64,000 bases of DNA from an uncultured Actinomycetota bacterium (GCA_963835445.1 CAWIFO010000001.1:322225-386224), one strand, 5' to 3'; positions 35,919 through 45,913 are shown, numbered from the stretch's first letter. Numbers and translations are program-made. The notes: generated from the letters alone by a model not told the origin.

Positions 35919-37238
35919 ATGACTGGATCGTCCCGGAAGACGCGACTGGCAGCGATGGGCGCGGTGCTGCTGTTGGCCACGACTGCGATGGCCTGCAGTT
36001 CGACCAATTCGGCGTCGACCACGACGACCGGTGCCGGGGGCGGTGGCGGTTCGAGCACGTCGAAGATCCCGGCCAGCGCGTACAGCGACCACACCGGCGT
36101 CACCTCTGACTCGGTCACCGTCGGCAACGTCTCCACACTGTCGCTCGGCGGCCTGTTCAAGGGCGCCGATGTCGGCGCCCAGGCCTACGCCGACTACGTC
36201 AACTCGACCGGCGGCGTGAACGGGCGCAAGCTCAAGGTCGTCGGGGCAGACGACCAGTTCAGCGGAGCCACCAACAAGCAGGCCACGCAGGACGCCATCA
36301 CCAACGACTTCGCTCTCGTCGGCAGCTTCTCCCTGGAGGACAGCTACGGCGGGTCGCTGCTGGCGGCCAATCCCGGGATGCCCGACATCTCGAATGTCCT
36401 CGACACGACGACCGGCTCGCTGCCCAACGTCTTCAGCGCCGTACCGCTCAACGGCGGATGGCAGGAGGGCCCGCTCCAGTACTTCAAGAACAAGTTCCCG
36501 ACTGACGTGAAGGCCGTGGGGGCCATGGTGGCCTCCCTGCCCTCGGCCCAGACCGACTGGAACGGCGAGAAGTACGTGATGGAGAAGGTGGGCTACAAGA
36601 TCGCCTACACCGCCAACTACGGAGTGGCCCAGACCGACTTCACCTCCAACGTGATCGCCATGAAGAACGCCGGGGTGAAGATCCTCTTCATCGACTCGAT
36701 GGCGGAGTCCTACGCCTCGGCCCTGCTCAAGAACCTGGTGCAACAGAACTTCCACCCGGTCATCGTCCTGGGGGCGGCCACCTACACACCGAAGCTGGTG
36801 CCCGACTCGGGTGGAGCGTCCGCCGTCAACGGGTCGTACTTCGAAATGGCCACCACGCTCTACCAGGGTCAGGACGCCACCCAGGTCCCGTCGGTCTCGA
36901 CCTTCCTGCACTGGGTCAATGTGGCGTCGCCCGGGTTCGCGCCCGACCTCTTCACCCTCTACGGGTGGCTGTCGGCCCAGCTGTTCGCCCAGGCGCTCAA
37001 GGGGGCGGGCTCGAACCCGAGCCGCGGGTCGCTGTTGGCCCAACTCGGCAAGATCACGTCGTTCGATGGCAACCACATCATCGGGCCGAACAACCCGGCG
37101 GCCAAGAAGGTCGGGAACTGCTACATCATCGGCCAGGTGGCCGCCGGGGACTTCCAGCGCCTCGACGACCCGCCGGTGAGCAGCAGCAGCCACGGCTTCC
37201 GTTGCGACTACTCGTACGTCACTCCGCCGGCGGGTTGA
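35919..37238 (+). CDS. ABC transporter substrate-binding lipoprotein (branched-chain amino acid-binding type fold)
   Basis: Lipobox LLLATTAMACSS. Periplasmic binding protein type I-like sequence. ATG 35919 sits behind GGGGAAG. Confidence 0.75.
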   Translation: MTGSSRKTRLAAMGAVLLLATTAMACSSTNSASTTTTGAGGGGGSSTSKIPASAYSDHTGVTSDSVTVGNVSTLSLGGLFKGADVGAQAYADYVNSTGGVNGRKLKVVGADDQFSGATNKQATQDAITNDFALVGSFSLEDSYGGSLLAANPGMPDISNVLDTTTGSLPNVFSAVPLNGGWQEGPLQYFKNKFPTDVKAVGAMVASLPSAQTDWNGEKYVMEKVGYKIAYTANYGVAQTDFTSNVIAMKNAGVKILFIDSMAESYASALLKNLVQQNFHPVIVLGAATYTPKLVPDSGGASAVNGSYFEMATTLYQGQDATQVPSVSTFLHWVNVASPGFAPDLFTLYGWLSAQLFAQALKGAGSNPSRGSLLAQLGKITSFDGNHIIGPNNPAAKKVGNCYIIGQVAAGDFQRLDDPPVSSSSHGFRCDYSYVTPPAG

Positions 37239-37288
37239 CACGCCCAACGGCCTGACCGGTGGGCGTCGGCCCGTCGTGGGCGCGGCTC

Positions 37289-38566
37289 CTACCGGTCGGC
37301 GGTGCGGACGCCGTAGCGCTCGGTGTACCCGGCGAACTCCTCGGCCAGCCCGGCATAGGACCAGCCGAAGTCGGTCGGGTCGTAGACGTGGCGGCCGAAG
37401 GCGTCCTGGGGGCGCTGCTCCAGGAACGCCCGCATGCGCCGGGCGTGCAGATCGCTCACCTCCTCGTCGAACGCCGCGTACAGCCCACGGACGGCATCGA
37501 CCGGGTCGGCCAGGAGGTCCTCGTAGTGGAGGTGCCGGCACCAGCCCGGCCCCGAGCGCTCGTCGAAGGCGGTGGCCGATCCGATGGCGAAGGCGCACTT
37601 GCGCTTCCACTCCTCGGCTGCCGGGCGGGGGTCGGCCCGAGACGTCAGCGGCCGCTGGCCGGCGTTGGCCAGGCTGGCGAGCGACGTAACCACCGGGCCC
37701 GGGTCGCGGTGGGTCCACACGATGCGGGCGTCGGGGTAGGCGGTCAGCAGGGCGTCGAGGTCCCACAGGTGGTTGGGCGTCTTGAGCACCCACCGACCGG
37801 TCGGCTGGGCGGACTGGAGGGCCTGCAGCGCCGAGGCGTGCTGGGCATAGGCGGGCGCCATGTCGGCCTGTTCCAGCCAGCGGGCATAAGCGGGCACATG
37901 GGCCTGGGTCTCGAGGGCCAAGGTGCGAACGTCGTACATGAAGAGGCTCACGCACTCCTGGGCCAGGGTGGGGCCGAACGGGTGCATGACCCGCAGCGGG
38001 GGGTTGAGTCTGAGCAGCCCGTCGAGCTCCTTGGCCGTGCGGGCGATGCGGGGGTCGGACGCCGCCCCCTCGAGGGTGGCCGGCGGGATCAGGTGCGCCG
38101 CCTCCCACTGCAGCAGGTTGCGGTTCATCGGGTCGAGGCCGAGGAGGTTGCTCAGCAGGCTGGTGCCCGTGCGGGGGAGTCCGACGATGACCCACGGGCC
38201 GGCGATGCGCTCGTCGGCCGCGAGCGGATGCCCGTGTGACCACCGGTGCAGCTCGATCCGGTTGGCCAGCGCTCCGGTGAGCATCTTGGTGATGAGGATC
38301 CGTCCGAACGTGGTGAGCTCGGCCTCGTCCCGGCACGACGACAGGAAGACCTCGAGCGGCTCGCGGAAGCTGTCGCTCCCGAAGTCGTCCGACCCCGCCG
38401 TCTTGACCGCACCGGCCATCACGGCCTCGGCCGTGAGTGTCGGGCGCTCGAACCCGAGGCGCGCCAGGCGGGACCCGATGGCGTTCAGGGCACGCAGCGG
38501 CGGCGCGGTGAGTTCCGAGTCCCGCCACGTGAAGGTCGTGCCGCCGGGGTCGCCGCTCCGGCTCAT
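37289..38566 (-). CDS. sulfotransferase family protein
   Basis: PAPS 5'-phosphosulfate-binding loop VIVGLPRTGTSLLSNLL. ATG 38566 overlaps the upstream stop (ATGA). Confidence 0.7.
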   Translation of the reverse strand: MSRSGDPGGTTFTWRDSELTAPPLRALNAIGSRLARLGFERPTLTAEAVMAGAVKTAGSDDFGSDSFREPLEVFLSSCRDEAELTTFGRILITKMLTGALANRIELHRWSHGHPLAADERIAGPWVIVGLPRTGTSLLSNLLGLDPMNRNLLQWEAAHLIPPATLEGAASDPRIARTAKELDGLLRLNPPLRVMHPFGPTLAQECVSLFMYDVRTLALETQAHVPAYARWLEQADMAPAYAQHASALQALQSAQPTGRWVLKTPNHLWDLDALLTAYPDARIVWTHRDPGPVVTSLASLANAGQRPLTSRADPRPAAEEWKRKCAFAIGSATAFDERSGPGWCRHLHYEDLLADPVDAVRGLYAAFDEEVSDLHARRMRAFLEQRPQDAFGRHVYDPTDFGWSYAGLAEEFAGYTERYGVRTADR

Positions 38567-39621
38567 CCGGCGGATCCGGTGGGGGCGATCTCGACCACCG
38601 TGCGCCCGATCGAGCGTCGGGCCCGGTGCTCCTCCAATGCCGGACCGGCCTCCTCCATCGTCACCCGCCGCCCGACGGCGGGGCGGATGGCACCCTCGGC
38701 CACCAGGCGGAGCAGGTCGGCGTGGATCTCGTCGGCGACATCGCGTCCGTAGGGATTGAAACCGAAGCGGCGCATGCCCGGGTCGACGTGGTCGGCCCAG
38801 GCGATCATCACGCCGACCAGGTCGATGTTGCCGATGCAGGCCATGCGCAGGGGTCTGCCCGTCATGCCGTTCTCGTCGTCGTCGGCGAACCCGACGGCCA
38901 GGTAGCGACCGCCCCGGGCCGTGCACCGCCACGACCGCTCGACGAAGTCGCCCCCGGTCAGGTCGTAGACGACGTCGGCACCCTCGTCGCCGGTGGCGTC
39001 CAGCACCGCCTCGACGAAGTCCTGAGCGGTGTGGTCGATCACCAGGTCGGCCCCTTGCGCCGCGCAGAACGCCCCCTTGTCGGGTCCGCCGGCCACGGCG
39101 ATCACCCGCGCTCCGGCCGCCTTGCCCAGCTGGATCCCGGCTGATCCGAGCCCGCTGGCCGCCGAGTGGACCACCAGCGTCTCGCCGGCGGCCAGCCGCC
39201 CCCGACGGAAGAGTGCCAGGTGCGACGCCTGGAAGGTCATGATGAACGCGGTCGCCTCGGCGTCATCGAGGCCGTCGGGCGCGTCGAAGGTGGACACGGC
39301 GTCGGCCAGGGCGAACTCGGCGATACCCCCCAGAGCGGTGGTGGTGATGGCCACCACACGGCGGCCCGTCCACGCCTCGGCGCCCGCTCCGGCCTCGACC
39401 ACCGTGCCGCACACGTCCATGCCCAACGTGTAGGGCGGCGGCGTCGGGACCGAGACCAGCTTGCCGAGGCACCGGTCGATGTCGTTGAAGTTGAGGGAGG
39501 CGGCGCCCACCTGGACGAGGACCTGCCCCGGGCCCGGGGTCGGCCGCGCCACCGTCCGCACGGCGAGGACCTCGGCCGGTGGGCCGTTCCTCGTCACCTG
39601 CAACGCCTGCATGTCGGCCAT
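38563..39621 (-). CDS. NADPH:quinone oxidoreductase / zinc-type MDR family oxidoreductase
   Basis: VHSAASGLGSAGIQLGKAAGARVIAV cofactor-binding region. ATG 39621 sits behind GAAGGGGGA. Confidence 0.8.
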   Translation of the reverse strand: MADMQALQVTRNGPPAEVLAVRTVARPTPGPGQVLVQVGAASLNFNDIDRCLGKLVSVPTPPPYTLGMDVCGTVVEAGAGAEAWTGRRVVAITTTALGGIAEFALADAVSTFDAPDGLDDAEATAFIMTFQASHLALFRRGRLAAGETLVVHSAASGLGSAGIQLGKAAGARVIAVAGGPDKGAFCAAQGADLVIDHTAQDFVEAVLDATGDEGADVVYDLTGGDFVERSWRCTARGGRYLAVGFADDDENGMTGRPLRMACIGNIDLVGVMIAWADHVDPGMRRFGFNPYGRDVADEIHADLLRLVAEGAIRPAVGRRVTMEEAGPALEEHRARRSIGRTVVEIAPTGSAG

Positions 39622-39717
39622 GTCGGATCCCCCTTCGGTCACCGCCCACGCCATGCCCGACCGCTGTCGGCCGTCTCCCCCCGGAGCCGGTGCGTGAGAC
39701 AGACTGACCTTAGTGTC

Positions 39718-40350
39718 TCAGCGACCGTCGGACCCGCCGACCGCCAGCACGGCGAACGCGGGGAGGAACCAGGACGTGAGCTGCCGGCGGATCTCGTCGG
39801 TGCTGCGGCCTCCGTCGCCGGGCACGGCGGCGAAGGAGATCAGGATGCGGAGGATCCAGTCGACGAGGTCGGCCACGTCCTCCTCGGACAGGGTGCCGGC
39901 GGCCAGCGCCGGGGCCAGGAGCGGTCGGACGCCGGCGTCGCCGATGAGGCGGAGGGCCTCCTCCTGGAAGGCCTGGCCCGCGGCCCATGCGGCAGAGTCG
40001 CTCCCGAACACGGCGGCGTGGACCGGTCGACTCCGGATCTGCCCGATGCTGAACAGCATCCCCTCGATGACCCGTGCGGCCGGGTCGTCGAGGGCGGCCA
40101 GGTGCTCGCGGGCCTCGGCCGCCATGGCCTCGGACTCCCGGGTGAGCACGGCGAGGAAGATGGCCTCGTGGCTGCCGAAGCGCCGGTAGAGGGTGGCCCG
40201 CGAGAAGCCCACCTCGCGGGCGATGTCGGCGGCGGTGGTCTTGGCCACGCCGAGTCGCAGATAGCAGGCGGCGGCCGCGTCGAGGGTCGCCTCCCGCTCG
40301 ACGTCGGTGGCCGACGGCTTCTTCCCGCCCGGGTGATCGGCTCCGGTCAT
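39718..40350 (-). CDS. TetR family transcriptional regulator
   Basis: HTH VAKTTAADIAREVGFSRATLYRRFGSHEAI. ATG 40350 shares one nucleotide with the tadA stop. Confidence 0.85.
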   Translation of the reverse strand: MTGADHPGGKKPSATDVEREATLDAAAACYLRLGVAKTTAADIAREVGFSRATLYRRFGSHEAIFLAVLTRESEAMAAEAREHLAALDDPAARVIEGMLFSIGQIRSRPVHAAVFGSDSAAWAAGQAFQEEALRLIGDAGVRPLLAPALAAGTLSEEDVADLVDWILRILISFAAVPGDGGRSTDEIRRQLTSWFLPAFAVLAVGGSDGR

Positions 40351-40859
40351 CACCGGTCCGCTCGTCGGTCGCCGAAGAAGCCGGTGAGAAGTGCGGCGGC
40401 CTCGTCGGCCCGGATCCCGGCCGTGACCGGCACCTCGTGGTTGAGCCGGGGGTCGGCGCACAGGTTGTAGAGGGAGCCGCACGCCCCGGCTTTCGGATCG
40501 GCCGCGCCGAACACCACCCGTCCGAGGCGAGCCGCGACCAGGGCCCCGGCACACATCGGGCAGGGCTCGAGGGTCACCACGAGCGTGACCCGGTCCAGGC
40601 GCCAGGTCCCGAGGGCGGCTGCGGCGTCGGCCAGAACCAGGACCTCGGCGTGGGCAGTGGGGTCGCCGGTCTGCTCCCGCTCGTTGTGGCGGGAGGCCAC
40701 GACCCTGCCGTCCACCAGTGCCACCGCTCCGACCGGCACGTCACCGTGGTCGACTGCCGCCGCCGCCTCGGCCAGTGCCAGGGCCATGGCGGCGTCGTCG
40801 GTCAGGGAGACGGGAGCGGGAACAGACCCCTCGTGCGGCGATCCGCCGGTGATGGCCAT
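40350..40859 (-). CDS. tadA: tRNA-specific adenosine deaminase
   Basis: Zinc-ligand motifs HAEVLVL and LEPCPMCAGAL. Confidence 0.9.
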   Translation of the reverse strand: MAITGGSPHEGSVPAPVSLTDDAAMALALAEAAAAVDHGDVPVGAVALVDGRVVASRHNEREQTGDPTAHAEVLVLADAAAALGTWRLDRVTLVVTLEPCPMCAGALVAARLGRVVFGAADPKAGACGSLYNLCADPRLNHEVPVTAGIRADEAAALLTGFFGDRRADR

Positions 40860-40955
40860 GGCGGGATGCTAACGAAGACCGGCGGACCGGCGGACCGCCC
40901 GCCGTCCGTCCCCCACCGCGAGGCTGACGGGGTGCCCGACCCCCGACGGACCGAC

Positions 40956-41885
40956 GTGGCCGCCGGTCGTGGCCCGCTCGTCGGGGTCGACGACCCGGAC
41001 GACATCCGGCTCGCCCCGTACCGGGATCTCAACGACCCGGCAGGTCGGCGCCGGATCGAGGCCGACGGGTCGATCTTCGTGGTGGAGGGCCGGCTCGCCG
41101 TCGAGCGACTCCTGGCGTCGGGGTACACGGTGGCCTCCCTGCTCGTCGACGACCACCAGGTGACGGCGGCCGGCGGACTGGTCGCCGAAGTACGGACCCG
41201 GGGTGTACCCGTGTACGTCGCCACGCGTGCCGTGGTGGCCGCCACGGTGGGGTTCGCGCTCCACCGTGGCGTGGTGGGGGTGGCACGCCGCCCGGCCCTC
41301 GGGGATGTCGACGAGGTGCTCGCCGGTGCAGCGGCGTCGGGTGCCGAGGGTGGACCGCCCGTGGTGGCGGTTCTGGAGGGCCTCAACGACCACGAGAACA
41401 TCGGCGCGCTGTTCCGCAACGCCGCCGCGTTCGGCGTGGCGGGCGTCCTACTCGACCCGACGTGCGCCGATCCGCTCTACCGCCGATCGGTCCGGGTGTC
41501 GGTGGGGAACGTCCTGCACGTGCCGTTCGCCCGGTTCGAGTCGTGGCCCGACGGGCTCGGGTGCGTGCGGGCCGCCGGTTTCGTGGTCGTGGCGATGACA
41601 CCGCACCCGCCGTCGGGAGGAGGGCTTCCCTACGTGCGCCTGTCCGAGCTGCGTGACCGCGTGGCGAACGGGCCCGTCCGGCCGTCCGGCTCCGGGCCGT
41701 CGGATCGGTGGGGGGCAGTGGCCGGGGCGGCCCTTCTCCTGGGCGCCGAGGGTCCGGGCCTGTCGGACGGGGCGCTGGCCGCGGCGGACCTGGTGGTGTC
41801 CATCCCGATGGCTGACGGGGTGGACTCGCTGAACGTCGCCACCGCGGCTGCCGTCGCGTTCCACTCGTTACGGGCCGACCACTGA
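40956..41885 (+). CDS. TrmH/SpoU-family RNA 2'-O-methyltransferase
   Basis: LEGLNDHENIGALFRNAAAFG, LLLGAEGPGLS and IPMADGVDSLNVATAAAVA. Start uncertain (GTG 40956 chosen; ORF opens at 40437, antisense to tadA). Confidence 0.8.
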   Translation: MAAGRGPLVGVDDPDDIRLAPYRDLNDPAGRRRIEADGSIFVVEGRLAVERLLASGYTVASLLVDDHQVTAAGGLVAEVRTRGVPVYVATRAVVAATVGFALHRGVVGVARRPALGDVDEVLAGAAASGAEGGPPVVAVLEGLNDHENIGALFRNAAAFGVAGVLLDPTCADPLYRRSVRVSVGNVLHVPFARFESWPDGLGCVRAAGFVVVAMTPHPPSGGGLPYVRLSELRDRVANGPVRPSGSGPSDRWGAVAGAALLLGAEGPGLSDGALAAADLVVSIPMADGVDSLNVATAAAVAFHSLRADH

Positions 41886-41934
41886 CGCAGCTTCCGGCCG
41901 GTGCACGAGCACCTCTCCGGCGATCCGTAGAGGA

Positions 41935-42786
41935 CTACCCGAGGAGTGACCGGGACACCAGCGCGATGCCGGTTCCCCACGAGGTGAGCTGGCCCGCGGG
42001 GAGGAAGGAGGCACCGCTGGCACTGTGGTCGACCGTCGAATCGGCGAGGTACCGCTCCTTGCCCGAGGGGTCGATGAAGAAGAGGAACGAGGAATGGATG
42101 ATGTCCGCATCGGGACTCGGGGCTTCGACGGCGATCCCGTAGCTGCTCCACACCGATTGCAGGGCGCTCACCGATCCGGTGACGAAATGCCAGTTCGGGA
42201 CGGTGTTCAATCGGTGCTCGTTGGTGAATGCGGCGACGTCGGACACCGCGGGGTGGTAGGGGTTGACATTGACGGTGACGAACACCGCACGTGTCGCCGC
42301 CGGACCGAGGTCGTGGTAGGCGTCGACGACCTCCTGGGAGACGATGGGGCAGATGTCGGTGCAATGGGGGTCCATGAACTCCAGGACGACCACACGGCCC
42401 CGAAAGTCCGAAAGCGACAGCGTCTGCCCGTTCTGGTCGACGAGCGTGAAGTCGGGCGCGGGCTTGGCGGGGAGGGGGGCGAGGGACATGAGCGTGGCGA
42501 GTGGGGTGGGGATGCTCGACGGGATGCCCGAGGCCCGGACGACCTGGCTCTTCTGGTCGTGGTGCCGTACGGCGACGAGGGCGAAGCCGGCGGCCAGGAC
42601 CACCAGGATGCCGAGGGCGACGAACAGGACCGTGCTCGGTCCGCGGCGACCCGGGTTGACCGGCGGCGACCCGCGGTCGGCGATTCCGGGTGGAGGGTCC
42701 GCCTCCGGCGGCGGAGCGGCGCCCACCTCGTCCAGCTCCGACGATCGGCTTGCGGCCCCGCCCAGGATGTCATCGGCACCAATCAT
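41935..42786 (-). CDS. SCO1/SenC-type thioredoxin-fold copper chaperone, membrane anchored
   Basis: FMDPHCTDICP (CxxxC) and TM helix VLFVALGILVVLAAGFALVAV. ATG 42786. Confidence 0.75.
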   Translation of the reverse strand: MIGADDILGGAASRSSELDEVGAAPPPEADPPPGIADRGSPPVNPGRRGPSTVLFVALGILVVLAAGFALVAVRHHDQKSQVVRASGIPSSIPTPLATLMSLAPLPAKPAPDFTLVDQNGQTLSLSDFRGRVVVLEFMDPHCTDICPIVSQEVVDAYHDLGPAATRAVFVTVNVNPYHPAVSDVAAFTNEHRLNTVPNWHFVTGSVSALQSVWSSYGIAVEAPSPDADIIHSSFLFFIDPSGKERYLADSTVDHSASGASFLPAGQLTSWGTGIALVSRSLLG

Positions 42787-42854
42787 GAACGGCCTCCTCG
42801 ATAACGGGCCCCGGCGGCCCGCGCGACGCGGGGATCCAATTTCGTCGGGACCCC

Positions 42855-42942
42855 TGGCGGAGGCGGTGGGATTTGAACCCACGGTGAGTTTCCCCACACA
42901 CGATTTCCAATCGTGCCGATTCGGCCGCTCTCGCACGCCTCC
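42855..42942 (-). tRNA. tRNA-Ser (anticodon GGA), CCA encoded
   Basis: Reverse complement GGAGGCGTGCGAGAGCGGCCGAATCGGCACGATTGGAAATCGTGTGTGGGGAAACTCACCGTGGGTTCAAATCCCACCGCCTCCGCCA. Confidence 0.9.
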
Positions 42943-43071
42943 GTGTCGCGCACGCTCCCGGTCCCCGGGCCGTCCACGGCCCCGACAGGCTACTCCGACG
43001 ACCCGACCGGTCCGGACCGGTCGGGTCGGTGCGACGGGTGGTAGGCAGCGGGGGCGGTAGCATGCGGTTCT

Positions 43072-43205
43072 CCCCGGTGGTGGGTGCGACGGCTGGGTCC
43101 TGCGCAACGTCCTCCTGTGAATCGAGTCAGGGTCGGAAGGCAGCAGCTCTCAGCAGGCAAGGCCGTGTGCCGCAGTCAACCTGGCCGTCGCACCGACCAC
43201 CGGGG
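43072..43205 (+). ncRNA. ffs: signal recognition particle RNA (small bacterial SRP RNA)
   Basis: Domain IV core TCAGGGTCGGAAGGCAGCAGC with GGAA tetraloop and GTGTGCCG on the 3' side. The closing helix pairs CCCCGGTGGT-G-GGTGCGACGGC with GCCGTCGCACC-G-ACCACCGGGG. Sits in the usual position between tRNA-Ser and dnaX. Confidence 0.8.
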
Positions 43206-43260
43206 TGTGGCCCACCGGGCCGGCCCGCCTCCCTCCCCCCGGCCCGCTCACGGCCCTCGG

Positions 43261-45246
43261 ATGGCGACCGAACCGACCGGTAGGCTCCCGACCGTGGCCG
43301 ACACGACCGAGGAAGTCCCGTACCAGTCCCTCTACCGACGGTTCCGCCCCTCGACGTTCGCCGAGGTACGCGGGCAGGACCACGTCGTGCTGGCCCTGCG
43401 CAACGCCGTCCGGGACGGCCGGGTCGCCCACGCCTACCTGTTCAGCGGCCCCCGCGGCACGGGCAAGACCTCCACCGCCCGGATCCTGGCCAAGGCCCTC
43501 AACTGCACCGACCTCCACGACGGCGAGCCGTGCAGCGTCTGCCCCTCGTGCGTGGAGATCACCCGGGGCACGTCGATGGACGTCCACGAGCTGGATGCCG
43601 CGTCGAACAACGGGGTGGACGCCATGCGCGACCTGGTGTCCCGGGCAGCGCTCGGCTCGCCCGGACGCCAGAAGGTGTACATCGTCGACGAGGTCCACAT
43701 GCTCTCGACGGCCGCGTCCAACGCGTTGCTCAAGACGCTCGAGGAACCCCCTGCCCATGTGGTGTTCGTGCTCGCCACCACCGACCCGCAGAAGGTGCTG
43801 CCCACCATCCGCAGCCGGACCCAGCACTTCGAGTTCCGGCTGCTCGGCCCGGACACCCTGTCGGCCCTCCTCGCCCAGGTCCGCCACGACGCCAATCTGG
43901 AGGTCGGGGACGACGCGCTCGACCTGGCCGTCCGGCGCGGCCGGGGTTCGGCCCGCGATGCGCTCTCGATCCTCGACCAGGTGGCGGCGTCCGACACCGT
44001 CGACGACGACCTGCCCGAGCTCGACGAGGTCGTGGAGGCGCTGGCCGAGCGCGACGTCGGGCGGGCGCTGGTGGCTGTCGCCCACCTGACATCCGCCGGC
44101 TTCAGTCCCCAGCAGCTCACGGTCGACCTCGTCGACCATCTCCGCCAGGGGTTCCTGGCCCTGGTCGCCCCCGAGCTGGTCACCGTGGCCGGCGCCGAGC
44201 GCGACGTGCTGGCGGTACAGGCGGGCCGGGTGGGCCTTGCCACCCTGGTCCGGGCCATGGAGGATCTCGGCCGCGCCCAGATCGGCATGCGGGACGCCCC
44301 CGATCCCCGGGTGAACCTCGAGGTGGCACTGGTGCGCCTCGTCCACCCCGAGGCCGACGACTCGGCCGCCGCCCTGCTCGCCCGCGTCGAGCGGCTCGAG
44401 CAGTCCGGCGGTGCCGCGCCTGCGGCGTCCGCCCCGGCCACCGCGGCACCGTTGTCGACCGGGGCCGTCCTCGCCGCGCGGGCCGCCGCCGTCCCGACCG
44501 GCCGCCCCGCCCCCGAGGCACCCCGGGCCGAAGGGGCCCGGGCCGGGGAGTCACTGGTTGCCTCGCCGGCACCCGAACCCCCCGCCCCGGGCCCGGGCCC
44601 GGTGGGACCGCGCCCGACGCTCGGCGCCCACCGCCGCAAGTCCGCTCCCGTCGCCGGGGTACCTGCCGTGGATCGGCCCGACCCGGCCGTCGCCGTCGAG
44701 GACGCGCCGCCGCCACCCGAGCCCGTCGCCCACCCGTCCGAGGTCGCCGCGCCCGCCGCCCGGCCCGTCCCCTTCCCGACCCGCGACGAGCTGGTCCAGG
44801 CGTGGGGCGACCAGGTCATCGGCCGGTTGCGCCCCAAGGCGAAGGCGCTGTTCCAGGCCGGGCGGTTCGTCGGTGCGGACGGCACCCGCGCCGAGTTCGG
44901 TCTCCCGAACGACATCCACCGGAACCGGTGCGAGGAGATGCGGCCCGAGGTGGAGGCCGCACTGGCCGACCAGTTCGGCCGCCCGGTCCCGCTCGTGCTG
45001 GTGGTCGACGGCTCGCCGGACGGGGCGGCCACGGGACCGACCCCCGCCGGGGATGGGGGCGCGGACGTCCCCGGTGCGACGCAGGCACCCGGCCCGCTAC
45101 CGATCCCACGGCGCCCGGCCGAGCCCGACGCCGTCGAGGAGGACCTCGCCGCCTTCGACGACGACGACCTCGAGTTGGCGGAGATCGACAATTCGGCCGA
45201 GGCCCGCCTGCTCCAGGCGTTCCCCGGCGCGGAGGAGGTGGTCTAG
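43261..45246 (+). CDS. dnaX: DNA polymerase III subunits gamma/tau
   Basis: YQSLYRRFRPSTFAEVRGQ, Walker A GPRGTGKTSTARILAKALNC, Zn module CSVCPSC, DEVHMLS and SRTQHFEF. ATG 43261 (alternative GTG 43294). Earlier ORF codons overlap ffs. Confidence 0.9.
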   Translation: MATEPTGRLPTVADTTEEVPYQSLYRRFRPSTFAEVRGQDHVVLALRNAVRDGRVAHAYLFSGPRGTGKTSTARILAKALNCTDLHDGEPCSVCPSCVEITRGTSMDVHELDAASNNGVDAMRDLVSRAALGSPGRQKVYIVDEVHMLSTAASNALLKTLEEPPAHVVFVLATTDPQKVLPTIRSRTQHFEFRLLGPDTLSALLAQVRHDANLEVGDDALDLAVRRGRGSARDALSILDQVAASDTVDDDLPELDEVVEALAERDVGRALVAVAHLTSAGFSPQQLTVDLVDHLRQGFLALVAPELVTVAGAERDVLAVQAGRVGLATLVRAMEDLGRAQIGMRDAPDPRVNLEVALVRLVHPEADDSAAALLARVERLEQSGGAAPAASAPATAAPLSTGAVLAARAAAVPTGRPAPEAPRAEGARAGESLVASPAPEPPAPGPGPVGPRPTLGAHRRKSAPVAGVPAVDRPDPAVAVEDAPPPPEPVAHPSEVAAPAARPVPFPTRDELVQAWGDQVIGRLRPKAKALFQAGRFVGADGTRAEFGLPNDIHRNRCEEMRPEVEAALADQFGRPVPLVLVVDGSPDGAATGPTPAGDGGADVPGATQAPGPLPIPRRPAEPDAVEEDLAAFDDDDLELAEIDNSAEARLLQAFPGAEEVV

Positions 45247-45852
45247 GTGGCGGTCTTCAGCGGGCCGTTGCAGGCCCTGATCGACGAGATGGGCCGACTG
45301 CCCGGCATCGGTCCGAAGTCCGCCCAGCGGATCACGTTCCACCTGCTGAAGGTGGCACCCGAGGACGCGCTGCGGCTGGCCGAGGCGATCATCGCCGTCA
45401 AGGAGCGGATCACCCTCTGTACCAGGTGCTTCAACGTCGCCGAGGGCGGGCTGTGCGCCGTCTGCCTCGACGACGGGCGCGACGGCACGAAGGTCTGCGT
45501 GGTGGAGGACCCACGGGACATCGCCTCGGTCGAGAAGACCGGGGAGTTCGCCGGCCGGTACCACGTGCTCCAGGGCTCGTTGAACCCGATCGAGGGGATC
45601 GGTCCCGAGCAGCTGCGCATCCGCGAGCTCCTGCTCCGGCTCGACGGGGAGGGCATCACCGAGGTGATCCTCTGCACCAACCCGAACCTCGAGGGCGAGG
45701 CGACCGCCATGTACCTGGCCCGGTTGCTGAAGCCCATGGGCCTGCACGTGACACGCATCGCCAGCGGACTCCCGGTGGGCGGCGATCTCGAGTACGCCGA
45801 CGAGCTCACCCTGGGCCGTGCACTCGAGGGCCGCCGCGAGGTCGACGCTTGA
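45247..45852 (+). CDS. recR: recombination protein RecR
   Basis: Hh[19 protein letters not shown]4 finger [16 protein letters not shown] and the Toprim region. GTG lies directly after the dnaX TAG. Confidence 0.95.
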   Translation: MAVFSGPLQALIDEMGRLPGIGPKSAQRITFHLLKVAPEDALRLAEAIIAVKERITLCTRCFNVAEGGLCAVCLDDGRDGTKVCVVEDPRDIASVEKTGEFAGRYHVLQGSLNPIEGIGPEQLRIRELLLRLDGEGITEVILCTNPNLEGEATAMYLARLLKPMGLHVTRIASGLPVGGDLEYADELTLGRALEGRREVDA

Positions 45853-45913
45853 CGGACCAGGCTCCCCCCGGGGCCGACCGCGGTGCGGTGGGCGCGTGGG
45901 GCACGATGAGGTG

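Noticed and set aside
40437-40955. N-terminal extension of the SpoU methyltransferase ORF. The same situation occurs at 47166..47870 for ccr, 56852..57685 for the esterase, 15517-type extensions of the ADH, decarboxylase and hydrolase ORFs, and 60251..60955 and 61114..62022 for the cyclophilins.
   Set aside because: The extensions are antisense to well-supported genes (tadA, thiolase, hbd, and so on) and lack protein-like composition. Internal starts with SD-like sequences fit the homologous protein lengths.
43084-43260. N-terminal 59 codons of the dnaX ORF as listed in the track
   Set aside because: They overlap the SRP RNA and read as Arg/Pro-rich sequence. The DnaX homology starts only after ATG 43261.
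43261-45246. Programmed ribosomal frameshift site in dnaX (the gamma/tau mechanism of E. coli)
   Set aside because: No A-rich slippery heptamer (A AAA AAG type) is present in the gene. The sequence is uniformly GC-rich.
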